A DNA stretch of 64,000 bases from Chthoniobacteraceae bacterium (GTDB taxonomy: Bacteria > Verrucomicrobiota > Verrucomicrobiia > Chthoniobacterales > Chthoniobacteraceae): positions 1 through 64,000 of the forward strand of contig JBEBGD010000007.1 in assembly GCA_040081625.1 (NCBI GenBank), read 5' to 3'. The notes under the pieces were generated by a model that made no database searches, was not told the DNA's origin, and saw only the letters and a program-made list of their open reading frames with translations. Positions 55,447-64,000 of the stretch are shown piece by piece; positions within the stretch are counted from its first letter, which is position 1; every line of letters begins with the position of its first letter. Both the position numbers and the translations under genes were made by a program.

Positions 55447-56552
55447 GAGCTGGAGGAAAGTGCGCGCAAGATGCACGCGGCGGCACGACCACCCGCGCCG
55501 GGCTCGCCGAGTTGAGCGATCACCGCCGTGAGTTCGCGCTGCTGCGCGGTGCGCGCGGCGGCGTCACCCACGAGCGCGCGCATCGCTTCCGCGATCGGCT
55601 GCGGCTGCGCGGCGCCCTGGAGGAATTCACGCGCGATTTCGCGACCGGCGAGGATGTTGGGCATCCCGAGATGCGGCACCCGGACGAGTTGCCGTCCGAC
55701 GACCCACGTGAGCCACGCGACCTTGTAGAGAATCACCATCGGCAGGCCGAAGTATGCCGCCTCGAGCGTCGCCGTGCCGGAGCAGACCATGCCCGCGGTG
55801 GCGCGCTGCATGAGGTCGTGCGCGTTTCCGGTGCTCACTTCGCAAACATCGCCGGCGAGTGCGCGCATCTCACGTGCGAGTGCGTCGGAGGCGGCGGCCG
55901 AGGCGAAGCGCAGCGCGGGATTGCCGCGGCGCATCAGACGCGCGGCGTCGAGCATCGCGGGAAAGATCCTGCGCACTTCCTTGCCGCGACTGCCTGGCAG
56001 CAGCGCAACGAGATCCGACTCGCGCCCGATGCCGGCGCGCTTCGCGGCAAGCGAGTCGAGCATGGGATGGCCGACGAATTCCGTGCGCAGGCCCGAGGCT
56101 TCATAGAGCGGCTTCTCGAACGGAAAGATGCACAGCATCAGGTCGAGATATTTCGCCATCTCCGGGATGCGCCCGCGATTCCACGCCCAGACCTGCGGGC
56201 TGATGTAGTCGATGATCTTCATCGCCGGGCGGCGCACGCGCGCGGCTTTCGCGAGCCGGTGATTGAAGCCGGGGTAGTCGATCAGGATGAGCGCATCGGG
56301 CTGCACGCGGTCGATGTCGTCGAGCATCCGGCGAAACTGCGCGCGGAAGTAGCCATACTTTTTCAGCACATCCCAAAGTCCGACGACCGCTTCGTGCGCC
56401 CAGTCGAAAAACTCGCCACCCGCCAGCGCGCGCATCTGCGGCCCGCCGGCGCCGAAGAACTCAATGCCCGGCGCCTGCTCGCGGAGCGAGCGCATCAACT
56501 CCTCCCCGCGCGCATCGCCGCTCGCCTCGCCAGCGACGAGGTAGAGCTTCAC
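55443..56552 (-). CDS. lpxB: Lipid-A-disaccharide synthase
   Basis: VAGEASGD, IDYPGFN, YISPQVWAW, IFPFE, FVGHP, LLPGSR, SGTATLE; GTG start overlaps the upstream TGA. Confidence 0.96.
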   Translation of the reverse strand: MKLYLVAGEASGDARGEELMRSLREQAPGIEFFGAGGPQMRALAGGEFFDWAHEAVVGLWDVLKKYGYFRAQFRRMLDDIDRVQPDALILIDYPGFNHRLAKAARVRRPAMKIIDYISPQVWAWNRGRIPEMAKYLDLMLCIFPFEKPLYEASGLRTEFVGHPMLDSLAAKRAGIGRESDLVALLPGSRGKEVRRIFPAMLDAARLMRRGNPALRFASAAASDALAREMRALAGDVCEVSTGNAHDLMQRATAGMVCSGTATLEAAYFGLPMVILYKVAWLTWVVGRQLVRVPHLGMPNILAGREIAREFLQGAAQPQPIAEAMRALVGDAAARTAQQRELTAVIAQLGEPGAGGRAAACILRALSSSS

Positions 56553-57595
56553 GACACGCGTGGCCGCGCCCCTGCGGCCTCGATCTGCCGGGTGATCTCG
56601 AGCGCAAGTTCGAGCGCAGCCGTCGCTTCGCTGCCTCCGACCTTCGGCTGCGCGCCGGCTTTCGCGCACTCGATGAACGCTGCAAGCTCGCGCTTCAGCG
56701 GCTCGCCTTTGTCCACCTCGACCGGCTCGCGCACGATCTTCCGCCCGGCGAATGCGGTCACGATCGTCGAGTCGGTCGCGACGCCGAGCAGCTTGCCGAA
56801 GAGCGAACTTTCCTTTTCGTCATCCCCCGCGAGACGCAGCAGGTAACCGGACTGGTTTTGGTAATCGAGCGACACGTAGGCGTCCTCCTGGAAGACGCGG
56901 ATCTTGCGCAGCTTCTCCTGGCTGATGCGACTGGCGGTGATGTTCGCGACGCAGCCGTTTTCGAATCGCAACCGCACGTTCGCGATGTCCTCGCCGCGGC
57001 TGAGCACCGGCACGCCGACCGCATCCACGCTTGCGAGCGGCGACTTCACGAGATGCAGAATGATCTCCAGATCGTGGATCATCAGATCGAGCACGACGCC
57101 GATGTCGATGCTGCGGCCCGGATACGGCGAAAGCCGCGATACCTCGATGAATCGCGGACGCGCGAGCCGGGCCTCGAGCGCGCTGAGGACCGGATTGAAA
57201 CGCTCGATGTGCCCGACTTGAAGCACCAGCCCGCGCTCCCGCGCGAGCGTCGAGAGCGCGATCGCATCGGCGGTGGTCTCGGTGATCGGCTTCTCGACGA
57301 GCACATGTTTGCCCGCCTCGAGCAGCGCCTTGCCGACCGGGAAGTGCGTGGAGGTCGGCGTGGCGACGGTCGCCGCATCTACCAGCGCGATGAACTCCTC
57401 GATCGTCGCGCACGCTTTCGCGCCAAACTTCTCCGCCAACTCCCGCGCGACCGCCTCGTTCGTGTCGAAGATCGCCGTGAAGTTGCACGATGGCAGCTCG
57501 GCGAGGATGCGCGCGTGATTGCGCCCGATGCTGCCGGTGCCGACGACGCCGGCGCGAAACTGGGATGACTCGGATGATTTAACCACGGATAGCAC
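56549..57595 (-). CDS. Gfo/Idh/MocA oxidoreductase, GnnA-like by context (start uncertain)
   Basis: GVVGTGSIG, VLVEKP, QVGHIERFNP, GVVLDLMIHD, NITASRIS; lies between lpxI and lpxB. Confidence 0.88.
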   Translation of the reverse strand: MLSVVKSSESSQFRAGVVGTGSIGRNHARILAELPSCNFTAIFDTNEAVARELAEKFGAKACATIEEFIALVDAATVATPTSTHFPVGKALLEAGKHVLVEKPITETTADAIALSTLARERGLVLQVGHIERFNPVLSALEARLARPRFIEVSRLSPYPGRSIDIGVVLDLMIHDLEIILHLVKSPLASVDAVGVPVLSRGEDIANVRLRFENGCVANITASRISQEKLRKIRVFQEDAYVSLDYQNQSGYLLRLAGDDEKESSLFGKLLGVATDSTIVTAFAGRKIVREPVEVDKGEPLKRELAAFIECAKAGAQPKVGGSEATAALELALEITRQIEAAGARPRVS

Positions 57596-58032
57596 GGATT
57601 ACACGGATGGAGGGACGACGCGGCGCCATTCGAGCTTCGCGTGTTTAAAGTTGAACAGCAGCGCGAGGGAGAGACGCGTGATGGCGAGATAGCCGAGCAT
57701 TTGGGCGATGTGCGCGTCGTTGAATTCGGTCACCACTTTCGGGTCCACGATGATCAGATCCTCGACGATGAAGTCAGGAATGAATGTTCCGATCGGCACT
57801 CCCTTGTAGGTCACTTGAAATTGTTTTTGCCGCTCCACCTTGAGGCCGCGCAGGCCCAACTCCACTTCGAGCGCCCGCTCATAGATGCGCTCGTCCTGTC
57901 CTGGCCGCAGTTCATTGAGCACCTCCATCGCCGCGCCAATGATCTGCCTCGAAAGGTCTTCGTGTTTCAGGTTGGAGTTCATCGTGTGGAATCCATCCGT
58001 GTAATCCGTGTTATCCGTGGTTCAATCATCCG
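57571..58032. mobile_element. Putative GxxExxY cassette bounded by 41-bp inverted repeats
   Basis: 57571-57611 and 57992-58032 are reverse complements at 39/41 positions, built of ~9-nt CACGGATNN units. The repeats are observed; mobility is inferred. Confidence 0.6.
57599..57982 (-). CDS. GxxExxY protein (PD-(D/E)xK nuclease-like fold)
   Basis: IIGAAMEV..PGQDERIY (GxxExxY), IPDFIVED.IIVDPK, AQMLGYL, LLFNF. Confidence 0.93.
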   Translation of the reverse strand: MNSNLKHEDLSRQIIGAAMEVLNELRPGQDERIYERALEVELGLRGLKVERQKQFQVTYKGVPIGTFIPDFIVEDLIIVDPKVVTEFNDAHIAQMLGYLAITRLSLALLFNFKHAKLEWRRVVPPSV

Positions 58033-58855
58033 CGTGATCCGTGGAAAGACCGTAGATGGAAATGCCCCGCTCGTCAGCAAGCGCGCGGGTTTTCTCGGGT
58101 TCGAGCAGAAGTGTCTTCCCCGCTTCGATACCGATCACCCGCAGCTTCGCGTCGCGCGCCGCGTCGAGCGTGAGCGGGCCGATCACCGGCACGTCGAAGC
58201 GCAGATCCTGGTTCGGCTTGGACACCTTCACCATCGTCGCGTCCTTGCGCCCGAGCTCGCCGCCGCGCGCGATGGCGGCATTCGTGCCCTCGAAGGCTTC
58301 GACCGCGAGCACAGTGCCGGACTTGACGACGACGGTCTGGCCGATGTCCAGCCGGCTCGACTCCTTCGCGATGCGGAAGCCGAACTCGACATCGCCCTGC
58401 TCGCGCCGGCTCAGCCGCGGCCCGGCGATGAGCCCGGGCGTCGCGAGGTGGTCTTCGAGAAAAGTCGTCGCCGGCAAAAGCTCGACACCAACCTTGCTCA
58501 TCTCCGAGCCGATCGCGGCGAAGATCGACTCGGCATTGCGCTCGCGCAGCGTGGCGAGCAGCACGAGCGCCTTCATGTCCGGCCGAAGATCGAAGAGATT
58601 CTTCGGCGCGATCTGCCCGGCCATGATCGCGTGAGTGGCGCCGCTCGACTTGAGGAAGCCAAGCATCTTCCCAAGCTGCCCGACGCGCAGCCACGCGACT
58701 TCATCGACCTGCGCGGCGAGGTCCGGGTTCGTCTCGCCCTCGAACGCCACGGCCACGATACGCGCGACGCCGCCCGCCCGCGCGCCGCGAACGGTCGCGA
58801 ACGGATACGTTCCATTTCCGGCGATGATCGCGAGGGTCGATGGTGTCGTTTGCAA
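58022..58855 (-). CDS. lpxI: UDP-2,3-diacylglucosamine diphosphatase LpxI
   Basis: IIAGNGTYP, LDIGQTVVV, VLAVEAFEGT, KPNQDLRFDVPVIG. Confidence 0.93.
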   Translation of the reverse strand: MQTTPSTLAIIAGNGTYPFATVRGARAGGVARIVAVAFEGETNPDLAAQVDEVAWLRVGQLGKMLGFLKSSGATHAIMAGQIAPKNLFDLRPDMKALVLLATLRERNAESIFAAIGSEMSKVGVELLPATTFLEDHLATPGLIAGPRLSRREQGDVEFGFRIAKESSRLDIGQTVVVKSGTVLAVEAFEGTNAAIARGGELGRKDATMVKVSKPNQDLRFDVPVIGPLTLDAARDAKLRVIGIEAGKTLLLEPEKTRALADERGISIYGLSTDHADD

Positions 58856-58888
58856 AGGGGCGCGAGCGTAGCGGCGGCGAGCGGCGTG

Positions 58889-59623
58889 TCACGCGCGCAG
58901 GCACGCGAGGAACTCCGTGTTCCCCTCCCCGCCTTTGAGCGGCGATTCGATCACGCCGGTCCATGCCAGCCAGGGCAGCGCGCTCGCGCAGATCGTGCGC
59001 ACTTTCTCCACAGCCTCGGCGTGGAGCGCGGGGTCGCGGATGACTCCACCGCGCGCGACTTGCTCGCGGCGCAGCTCGAACTGCGGCTTGATGAGCGGGA
59101 TCATCACGGCGCCGGGCTTGAGCAGTTCGGCGGCGGGCGGGAGGATGAGGCCGAGCGAGATGAAGGACACGTCGATGACGATGAGGTCGAGCGGGTCGGG
59201 CACTTCGTCGGCGCTGAGGTAACGGGCGTTGAGGCCCTCGCGCACGACGACGCGCGGGTCGTTGCGGATGCGCCACGCGAGTTGGTCGCGACCGACGTCG
59301 ATCGCCCACACTTTCGCGGCGCCGTGCTGGAGCATGCAGTCGGTGAAGCCGCCGGTGCTCGCGCCGATGTCGAGGCAGGTCCAGCCGGTGGGATCGATCG
59401 CGAACGCCTTCAGCGCGCCCTCGAGCTTGTGGCCGCCGCGGCCGACGTAGCGGTCGGCGGCTTTCACCACGACCTCGGCGTCGTCGGCTACTTTGAAGTC
59501 CGACTTGTCCACCATGTGCCCGGCGACGGTGACTTCGCCGGCCATGATGAGGCGCTGCGCCTTCTCGCGACTTTCGCACAGCCCACGTGCGACGAGGAAT
59601 TGATCAAGGCGGAGCTTCGTCAT
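58889..59623 (-). CDS. tlyA: TlyA family rRNA methyltransferase
   Basis: RLDQFLV, YVGRGGHKL, LDIGASTGGFTD, IDVSFISL, LIKPQFE, GNTEF. Confidence 0.96.
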   Translation of the reverse strand: MTKLRLDQFLVARGLCESREKAQRLIMAGEVTVAGHMVDKSDFKVADDAEVVVKAADRYVGRGGHKLEGALKAFAIDPTGWTCLDIGASTGGFTDCMLQHGAAKVWAIDVGRDQLAWRIRNDPRVVVREGLNARYLSADEVPDPLDLIVIDVSFISLGLILPPAAELLKPGAVMIPLIKPQFELRREQVARGGVIRDPALHAEAVEKVRTICASALPWLAWTGVIESPLKGGEGNTEFLACLRA

Positions 59624-59674
59624 TGCCGAATACACCTCTCTCGTAGATATGCGCGCCCGCCAACTAAATCCGCA

Positions 59675-59935
59675 ATGTCCGAAGACCTCCGCGACCAGAT
59701 CAAGACGCTGCTCGTCGAAAACCTCATGCTCAAAGTGCCCAAGGAGCAGATCGGGGATGATCTGCCGCTGTTTTCGCCCGACGGGCTGGGGCTCGATTCG
59801 ATCGATGCGCTGGAGTTGGTCGTGTCGCTCGAGAAGAAATTCGGCGTGACGGTGCCCAACTCCGAGACGGCGAAGACGGCGCTCGCGTCGGTCAATTCGA
59901 TACACGATTACGTGCTGGCGAACCGGAAGGATTAG
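59675..59935 (+). CDS. Acyl carrier protein
   Basis: MSEDLRDQIK..GLGLDSIDALELV (phosphopantetheine Ser); last 86 aa of the listed 57641..59935 ORF. Confidence 0.92.
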   Translation: MSEDLRDQIKTLLVENLMLKVPKEQIGDDLPLFSPDGLGLDSIDALELVVSLEKKFGVTVPNSETAKTALASVNSIHDYVLANRKD

Positions 59936-59955
59936 CGGACGTTCCCCCGCTCCTC

Positions 59956-61467
59956 ATGCGCAGTCTTACCCTCCTCCTGCTTGCAAGTGCGGTCGTCGCC
60001 AGCGCTCACGAGTTTGTGACGCCGGACCCGAAGCTGCTGCAGGATCGCGTGCCGGTGTCGCGACTCGGCGGCGACCATGGCGACGGCGCGACCTTCAAGA
60101 TCGAAATCCCGCCGGACGCGGAGAATTTCGTGGTGAAGACGACGGGCGGCTCGGGCGATGTGGATCTGTTCATTCGCTTCGGCGCGCACCCGTCGCCGAC
60201 GCAGTGGGACTTCGCGAGCGAGAGCGACGACACGAGCGAACTCATCCGCGTCGGCACGCCGACGGCGGGCGTGTGGTATGTGCGGGTCGTGGGGTTCTCG
60301 ACGTTTCGCAATGTGCGGCTGACGGCGAGCTACGAACTCCCGCGCGGCGTCGCCCGTCCGCCGCGGCTGACGCCGGCGCCGGGCAACTATTCGGAGCGCG
60401 TGCTCGTGCGCGTGATCCGCCCGCGCGGGACGACCGTTCACTTCACGACCGACGGATCGTCTCCGACGGTGAATTCCCCTTCCTACACGAGGCGCCTGAC
60501 TTTCACCGCCACGACGCAGTTGCGCGCGCGCACCTTTGGCAGGGATGCCTCGTTTTCCATCGAGACCGTGGGCGACTACGCGGTCGTGCCGAAGGGGACG
60601 ATCGAGCCGCTGACCGTGGGGATGCCGGTGCATCATCTCGCGGCGGTGCGCGGGACGGCGCACGAGTTCAAGCTCACCGTGCCCGCGGGCGCGAGCCGGC
60701 TGATGGTGAGGATGGAGGGCGGTCCCGGCAATGCGCAGCTCTACGCGAAGGCGGGTGCTGCGCCGACCACGCGCGTCTTCGACCGGCGCGCGGTCGGAGG
60801 GGGCAATAACGCAACGCTCGAAATCCTCAATCCAGCCGCGGGCGACTGGTATCTGTTCGTGCACGCGCGAGCCGGCTACTCCGGCGTGTCGCTCCTCGCG
60901 ACCGCGCGACCGCCCGGCGTCGATCTCATCTCGTGGGGACCGGCCCTCGATCCTTACCTGACCACCGAGAGTTTTACGGCGGCGGACTGCGAAGTGGACG
61001 AGGGCTTGATCACCGCCGGCACACACCGACTGCTGCGCTTCAACACCCAGACGCGCAACGTCGGCTCGCAAGATCTCGTGCTCGGCGACCCGGCGGGAAA
61101 TCCGGACTTTGAATTCCAGGCGTGCCACGGCCACTACCACTTCCGCGGATTCGCGAGCTACCAATTGCTCGACGACAACGATCAGCCCGTCGCGACGGGC
61201 CGGAAAGTTTCCTTCTGCCTGCTCGACGGCCTGCGCTGGGATCCGAAAGCGCCCGCCACCGCCCACTACGACTGCGAGACACAAGGCATCCAGGCCGGCT
61301 GGGCCGACGTATATGATGCCGGCCTGCCTGGCCAGTGGATCGACGTGTCCGGCGTGCCACCGGGCACCTACACGCTCGTCATCACGATGAATCCCGACCG
61401 GCTCATCACCGAGAGCGACTACTCGAACAACAGCGCCTCGACGCAGGTGGTCATCACGGCGCCCTGA
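59956..61467 (+). CDS. Secreted lysyl-oxidase-domain protein with two PPC and one chitobiase/Fn3-like domain
   Basis: Signal peptide; PPC-like GGSGDVDLFI..GVWYV; YS..V..TVHFTTDGSSP; LOX-like LLRF, CHGHYHF, GRKVSFCL, QGIQAGWADVY, QWIDV, NP..ESDYSNN. Confidence 0.88.
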   Translation: MRSLTLLLLASAVVASAHEFVTPDPKLLQDRVPVSRLGGDHGDGATFKIEIPPDAENFVVKTTGGSGDVDLFIRFGAHPSPTQWDFASESDDTSELIRVGTPTAGVWYVRVVGFSTFRNVRLTASYELPRGVARPPRLTPAPGNYSERVLVRVIRPRGTTVHFTTDGSSPTVNSPSYTRRLTFTATTQLRARTFGRDASFSIETVGDYAVVPKGTIEPLTVGMPVHHLAAVRGTAHEFKLTVPAGASRLMVRMEGGPGNAQLYAKAGAAPTTRVFDRRAVGGGNNATLEILNPAAGDWYLFVHARAGYSGVSLLATARPPGVDLISWGPALDPYLTTESFTAADCEVDEGLITAGTHRLLRFNTQTRNVGSQDLVLGDPAGNPDFEFQACHGHYHFRGFASYQLLDDNDQPVATGRKVSFCLLDGLRWDPKAPATAHYDCETQGIQAGWADVYDAGLPGQWIDVSGVPPGTYTLVITMNPDRLITESDYSNNSASTQVVITAP

Positions 61468-61481
61468 TTCTCCCAATCCCC

Positions 61482-62405
61482 ATGACCCTCGCCTCCGCAC
61501 TCCGCACCCTCGTCTTCATCGCGCTCGCCGTGCCGGCCATCGCGCGCACGCCGGACGGAAAGCAAAAGCTCGTGCTCGTCGCCGGAAAGCCGAGCCACCC
61601 GGCCGGCATGCACGAATTCAATGCCGGCGTGCAACTCCTCGCGAAATGCCTCGCGAATGTGCAGGGGCTGAAGACCGAGTTCGTGCTCAATGGCTGGCCC
61701 GCGGATGAAGCCATCTTCGCCGATGCGGACGCCGTCGTTTTCTACATGGACGGTGGGCCGAAGCACGAAGTCGTGCAGGACGGCGGCAAGCGGCTCGCGA
61801 TCGTCGATGGCTGGGCGAAGCGCGGCGTCGGTCTCGGCTTCATGCACTACGGCGTTGAAGTCGTCGCCGATCAGGCGGGCGCGGAGTTCAAGCGCTGGAT
61901 CGGCGGCCACTACGAGAACTCGTATTCGTGCAATCCGATGTGGGAGCCAGGCTTCGAGACATTCGCGGAGCACCCGGTCACGCGCGGCGTGAAGCCGTTC
62001 ACGATCAAGGACGAGTGGTATTTCAACATGCGCTTCGTCGAGGGCTTCGCCGCCGATGGCGCGGCTGAGCGGGCCGGGGTGAAGTTCACGCCCATCCTCG
62101 TCGCCAAGCCGTCCGACGCCACGCGCGACGGTCCCTACGTTTATCCGAAAGGCCCGTATCCGCACATCCAGGCCGCGAAGGGTCGCCCCGAGGCGATGAT
62201 GTGGGCGGTCGAGCGCGCCGACGGCGGACGCGGGGTCGGCTTCACCGGCGGGCACTACCACACGAACTGGGGAAATGATCACTTCCGCAAGACCGTGCTC
62301 AACGCGCTCGCATGGATCGCGAAAGTCGAGGTGCCGGCCGACGGCATCGCATCGCGCGTCTCGCCCACCGACCTCGAGGCGAACCTCGACCCGAAAAAGA
62401 AGTAA
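61482..62405 (+). CDS. ThuA-like domain protein
   Basis: LVAGKPSH..HEFNAG, HPVTRGV, DEWYFNM, GRGVGFTGGHYH.NW. Confidence 0.85.
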   Translation: MTLASALRTLVFIALAVPAIARTPDGKQKLVLVAGKPSHPAGMHEFNAGVQLLAKCLANVQGLKTEFVLNGWPADEAIFADADAVVFYMDGGPKHEVVQDGGKRLAIVDGWAKRGVGLGFMHYGVEVVADQAGAEFKRWIGGHYENSYSCNPMWEPGFETFAEHPVTRGVKPFTIKDEWYFNMRFVEGFAADGAAERAGVKFTPILVAKPSDATRDGPYVYPKGPYPHIQAAKGRPEAMMWAVERADGGRGVGFTGGHYHTNWGNDHFRKTVLNALAWIAKVEVPADGIASRVSPTDLEANLDPKKK

Positions 62406-62462
62406 CCAGCCGGGAAAAACCGGCCCGGCGTGGTTTGCCCCCTGCTACTCGCACGGAGGCGT

Positions 62463-63113
62463 ATGGACATCCTCGCCATCACTCTCATCGCCCTCGGCGC
62501 CATCACCGCCGCAGTCGGCGGCATCATGCTGCTCATCGCCGCATTTCGCGAAAGCGTCCTTTGGGGCCTCGCCTACCTGCTCCTGCCGCTGGCCGGGCTG
62601 GTCTTCATCGTCATGCACTGGGACAAGTCGCGACGCGGCTTTCTGTTGAACCTCGCGGGCGTGTGCGTCGTGATCGCCGGATTCTTTTCCTCGCCCATGT
62701 TGCAGAAAAGCATCGCCAGCGGCGTCACCGCGAGCGTCCCGAAAAACCTGCCGATCAGCATCCCGATGCTGGAGAAAAAGAAGCCGGAGGACTTGAACGC
62801 CAGGATCGCCGAGCAGCGCACCGCGATCGACACGATGGAGGCGCAGTTCGAACAAGATGGCGTGACGCTCGCCCAGCAATACCGCGCGCTCGACGCCCGC
62901 CGCTCGGCCTTCAAGCCAGAAGACGCCGCGGGCGTGACCGCCTACAACGCCGAAGCCGCCGCATATCAGCAGGCCAACGCCGCGCACAAACAGCTCCGCC
63001 AGCAAATCGACGCCGCGCAGCAGGAACTCTCCGGCCTTCTCGACGAACGTTCCCGGCTAAAAGCCATCGCGCCCAAGGGCCCACCTGGCAAAAAGCAAAC
63101 GGCGCGCAATTAG
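62463..63113 (+). CDS. Hypothetical membrane protein with C-terminal coiled coil
   Basis: Three hydrophobic segments (AFRESVLWGL..FIVMHW) then heptad-rich helices. Confidence 0.75.
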   Translation: MDILAITLIALGAITAAVGGIMLLIAAFRESVLWGLAYLLLPLAGLVFIVMHWDKSRRGFLLNLAGVCVVIAGFFSSPMLQKSIASGVTASVPKNLPISIPMLEKKKPEDLNARIAEQRTAIDTMEAQFEQDGVTLAQQYRALDARRSAFKPEDAAGVTAYNAEAAAYQQANAAHKQLRQQIDAAQQELSGLLDERSRLKAIAPKGPPGKKQTARN

Positions 63114-64000
63114 GCAACGTCACGCTGCCGCAGCTCGCGCTCGCGCAGCCACGCGAAGATCACGGGCGTGACCACGAGAATGTGCAGCAGGCTGCTGAGC
63201 ATCCCGCCGATCACCGGCGTCGCGAGCGGCTTCATCACCTCGGACCCGGCGCGCGTGCTCCACATGATCGGCAGCAGGCTCGCCACAATCGTCGCGACAG
63301 TCATCACCTTCGGCCGCAGCCGCAGCCGCGCGCCTTCCTTGATCGCAGCGAGTAGCTCGTCGCGTGTGCGCGGATTGCGCCGGTTCACGGCCTCTTCGAG
63401 ATACACGACCATCACGACGCCGGTCTGGATCGCGGTGCCGAAGAGCGCGATGTATCCCACGCTCACCGCTGCGCTGAAATTGTAGCCGAGCAGCCATTGC
63501 AGCAGCACCCCGCCGGTCAGCGCGAATGGCACGGCGAGGATCACGTGCGCGGCTTCCTTCGCGTTGCGATAGACGATGTAGAGCAGCAGGAAAATGATCA
63601 GCAGCGCGCCCGGCACGACGAAGGCGAGCGTGCGGTTGGTCTTGATCTGCTCTTCGTAAGCGCCCGCGTAATCTACGACGACGCCACTCCCCGCGAGCTT
63701 CGGTCCCAGCTCCGCGTCGATGCGCTGCCGCACCTCGCGCACGAACCCGCCGAGATCGCGCCCCTGCACATTCGCCTGCACGAAGACGCGCAGCCGTCCA
63801 TTCTCGCTCTGGATCTCGCTCGGACCCGAGCGACGCCGGATCGTGGCGACCTGCCCGAGCGGGATGTGCATCCCTGCGGGCGTGGCGATGAGCAGATCGC
63901 CGAGCCGCTCGATGTCCTCGCGCTCGCTGCGATCGAGCCGGACCTGTATGGGAAAGCGCTGCCGTCCCTCGATCGTCGTCGTCACGTTCCGCCCGCCGAT
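63110..64000 (-). CDS. cusA: CusA/CzcA heavy-metal RND permease, C-terminal part
   Basis: IQSENG, GRDLGGFV, VPFALTGG, VGYIALFG, EGARLRLRPKVMT, GSEVMKPLATPVIGG. Confidence 0.92.
   Translation of the reverse strand: MGGRNVTTTIEGRQRFPIQVRLDRSEREDIERLGDLLIATPAGMHIPLGQVATIRRRSGPSEIQSENGRLRVFVQANVQGRDLGGFVREVRQRIDAELGPKLAGSGVVVDYAGAYEEQIKTNRTLAFVVPGALLIIFLLLYIVYRNAKEAAHVILAVPFALTGGVLLQWLLGYNFSAAVSVGYIALFGTAIQTGVVMVVYLEEAVNRRNPRTRDELLAAIKEGARLRLRPKVMTVATIVASLLPIMWSTRAGSEVMKPLATPVIGGMLSSLLHILVVTPVIFAWLRERELRQRDVA

Noticed and set aside
57641..59674. 764-aa plus-strand ORF ending in an ACP domain, looking like a fusion
   Set aside because: The upstream part is antisense to GxxExxY, lpxI and tlyA; only 59675-59935 is a credible gene.

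Overview
High-GC, gene-dense bacterial window. The gene set (three DUF1501 genes, a PSD1/planctomycete cytochrome c protein, a PVC-type CxxCH protein, N-terminal 'IEPLExRIAP' motifs) points to the PVC superphylum, probably Verrucomicrobiota; this is inference. It holds about 43 CDSs: a putative surface-protein locus (TIGR03032 protein, 1794-aa FG-GAP protein with a ~1.9 kb internal duplication, passenger-less inverse-autotransporter-like barrel, GT2), a peptidase cluster (M16 pair, amidase, tricorn, M60, ggt), an NAD-linked formate dehydrogenase locus with a binding-protein/kinase sensor, a Tat-exported vanadium haloperoxidase, ilvD, a lipid A operon, a bacterial lysyl oxidase and a partial CusA. 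The strongest unexplained signal is a GxxExxY nuclease-fold gene inside the lipid A operon, bracketed by 41-bp inverted arms of 9-mer repeats that supply the ends of both neighbouring genes. Several other intergenic palindromic elements occur, one flanked by a 14-bp duplication of a gene overlap. No rRNA, tRNA, CRISPR array or transposase was recognised. All family calls come from motif recognition by eye, not database searches.
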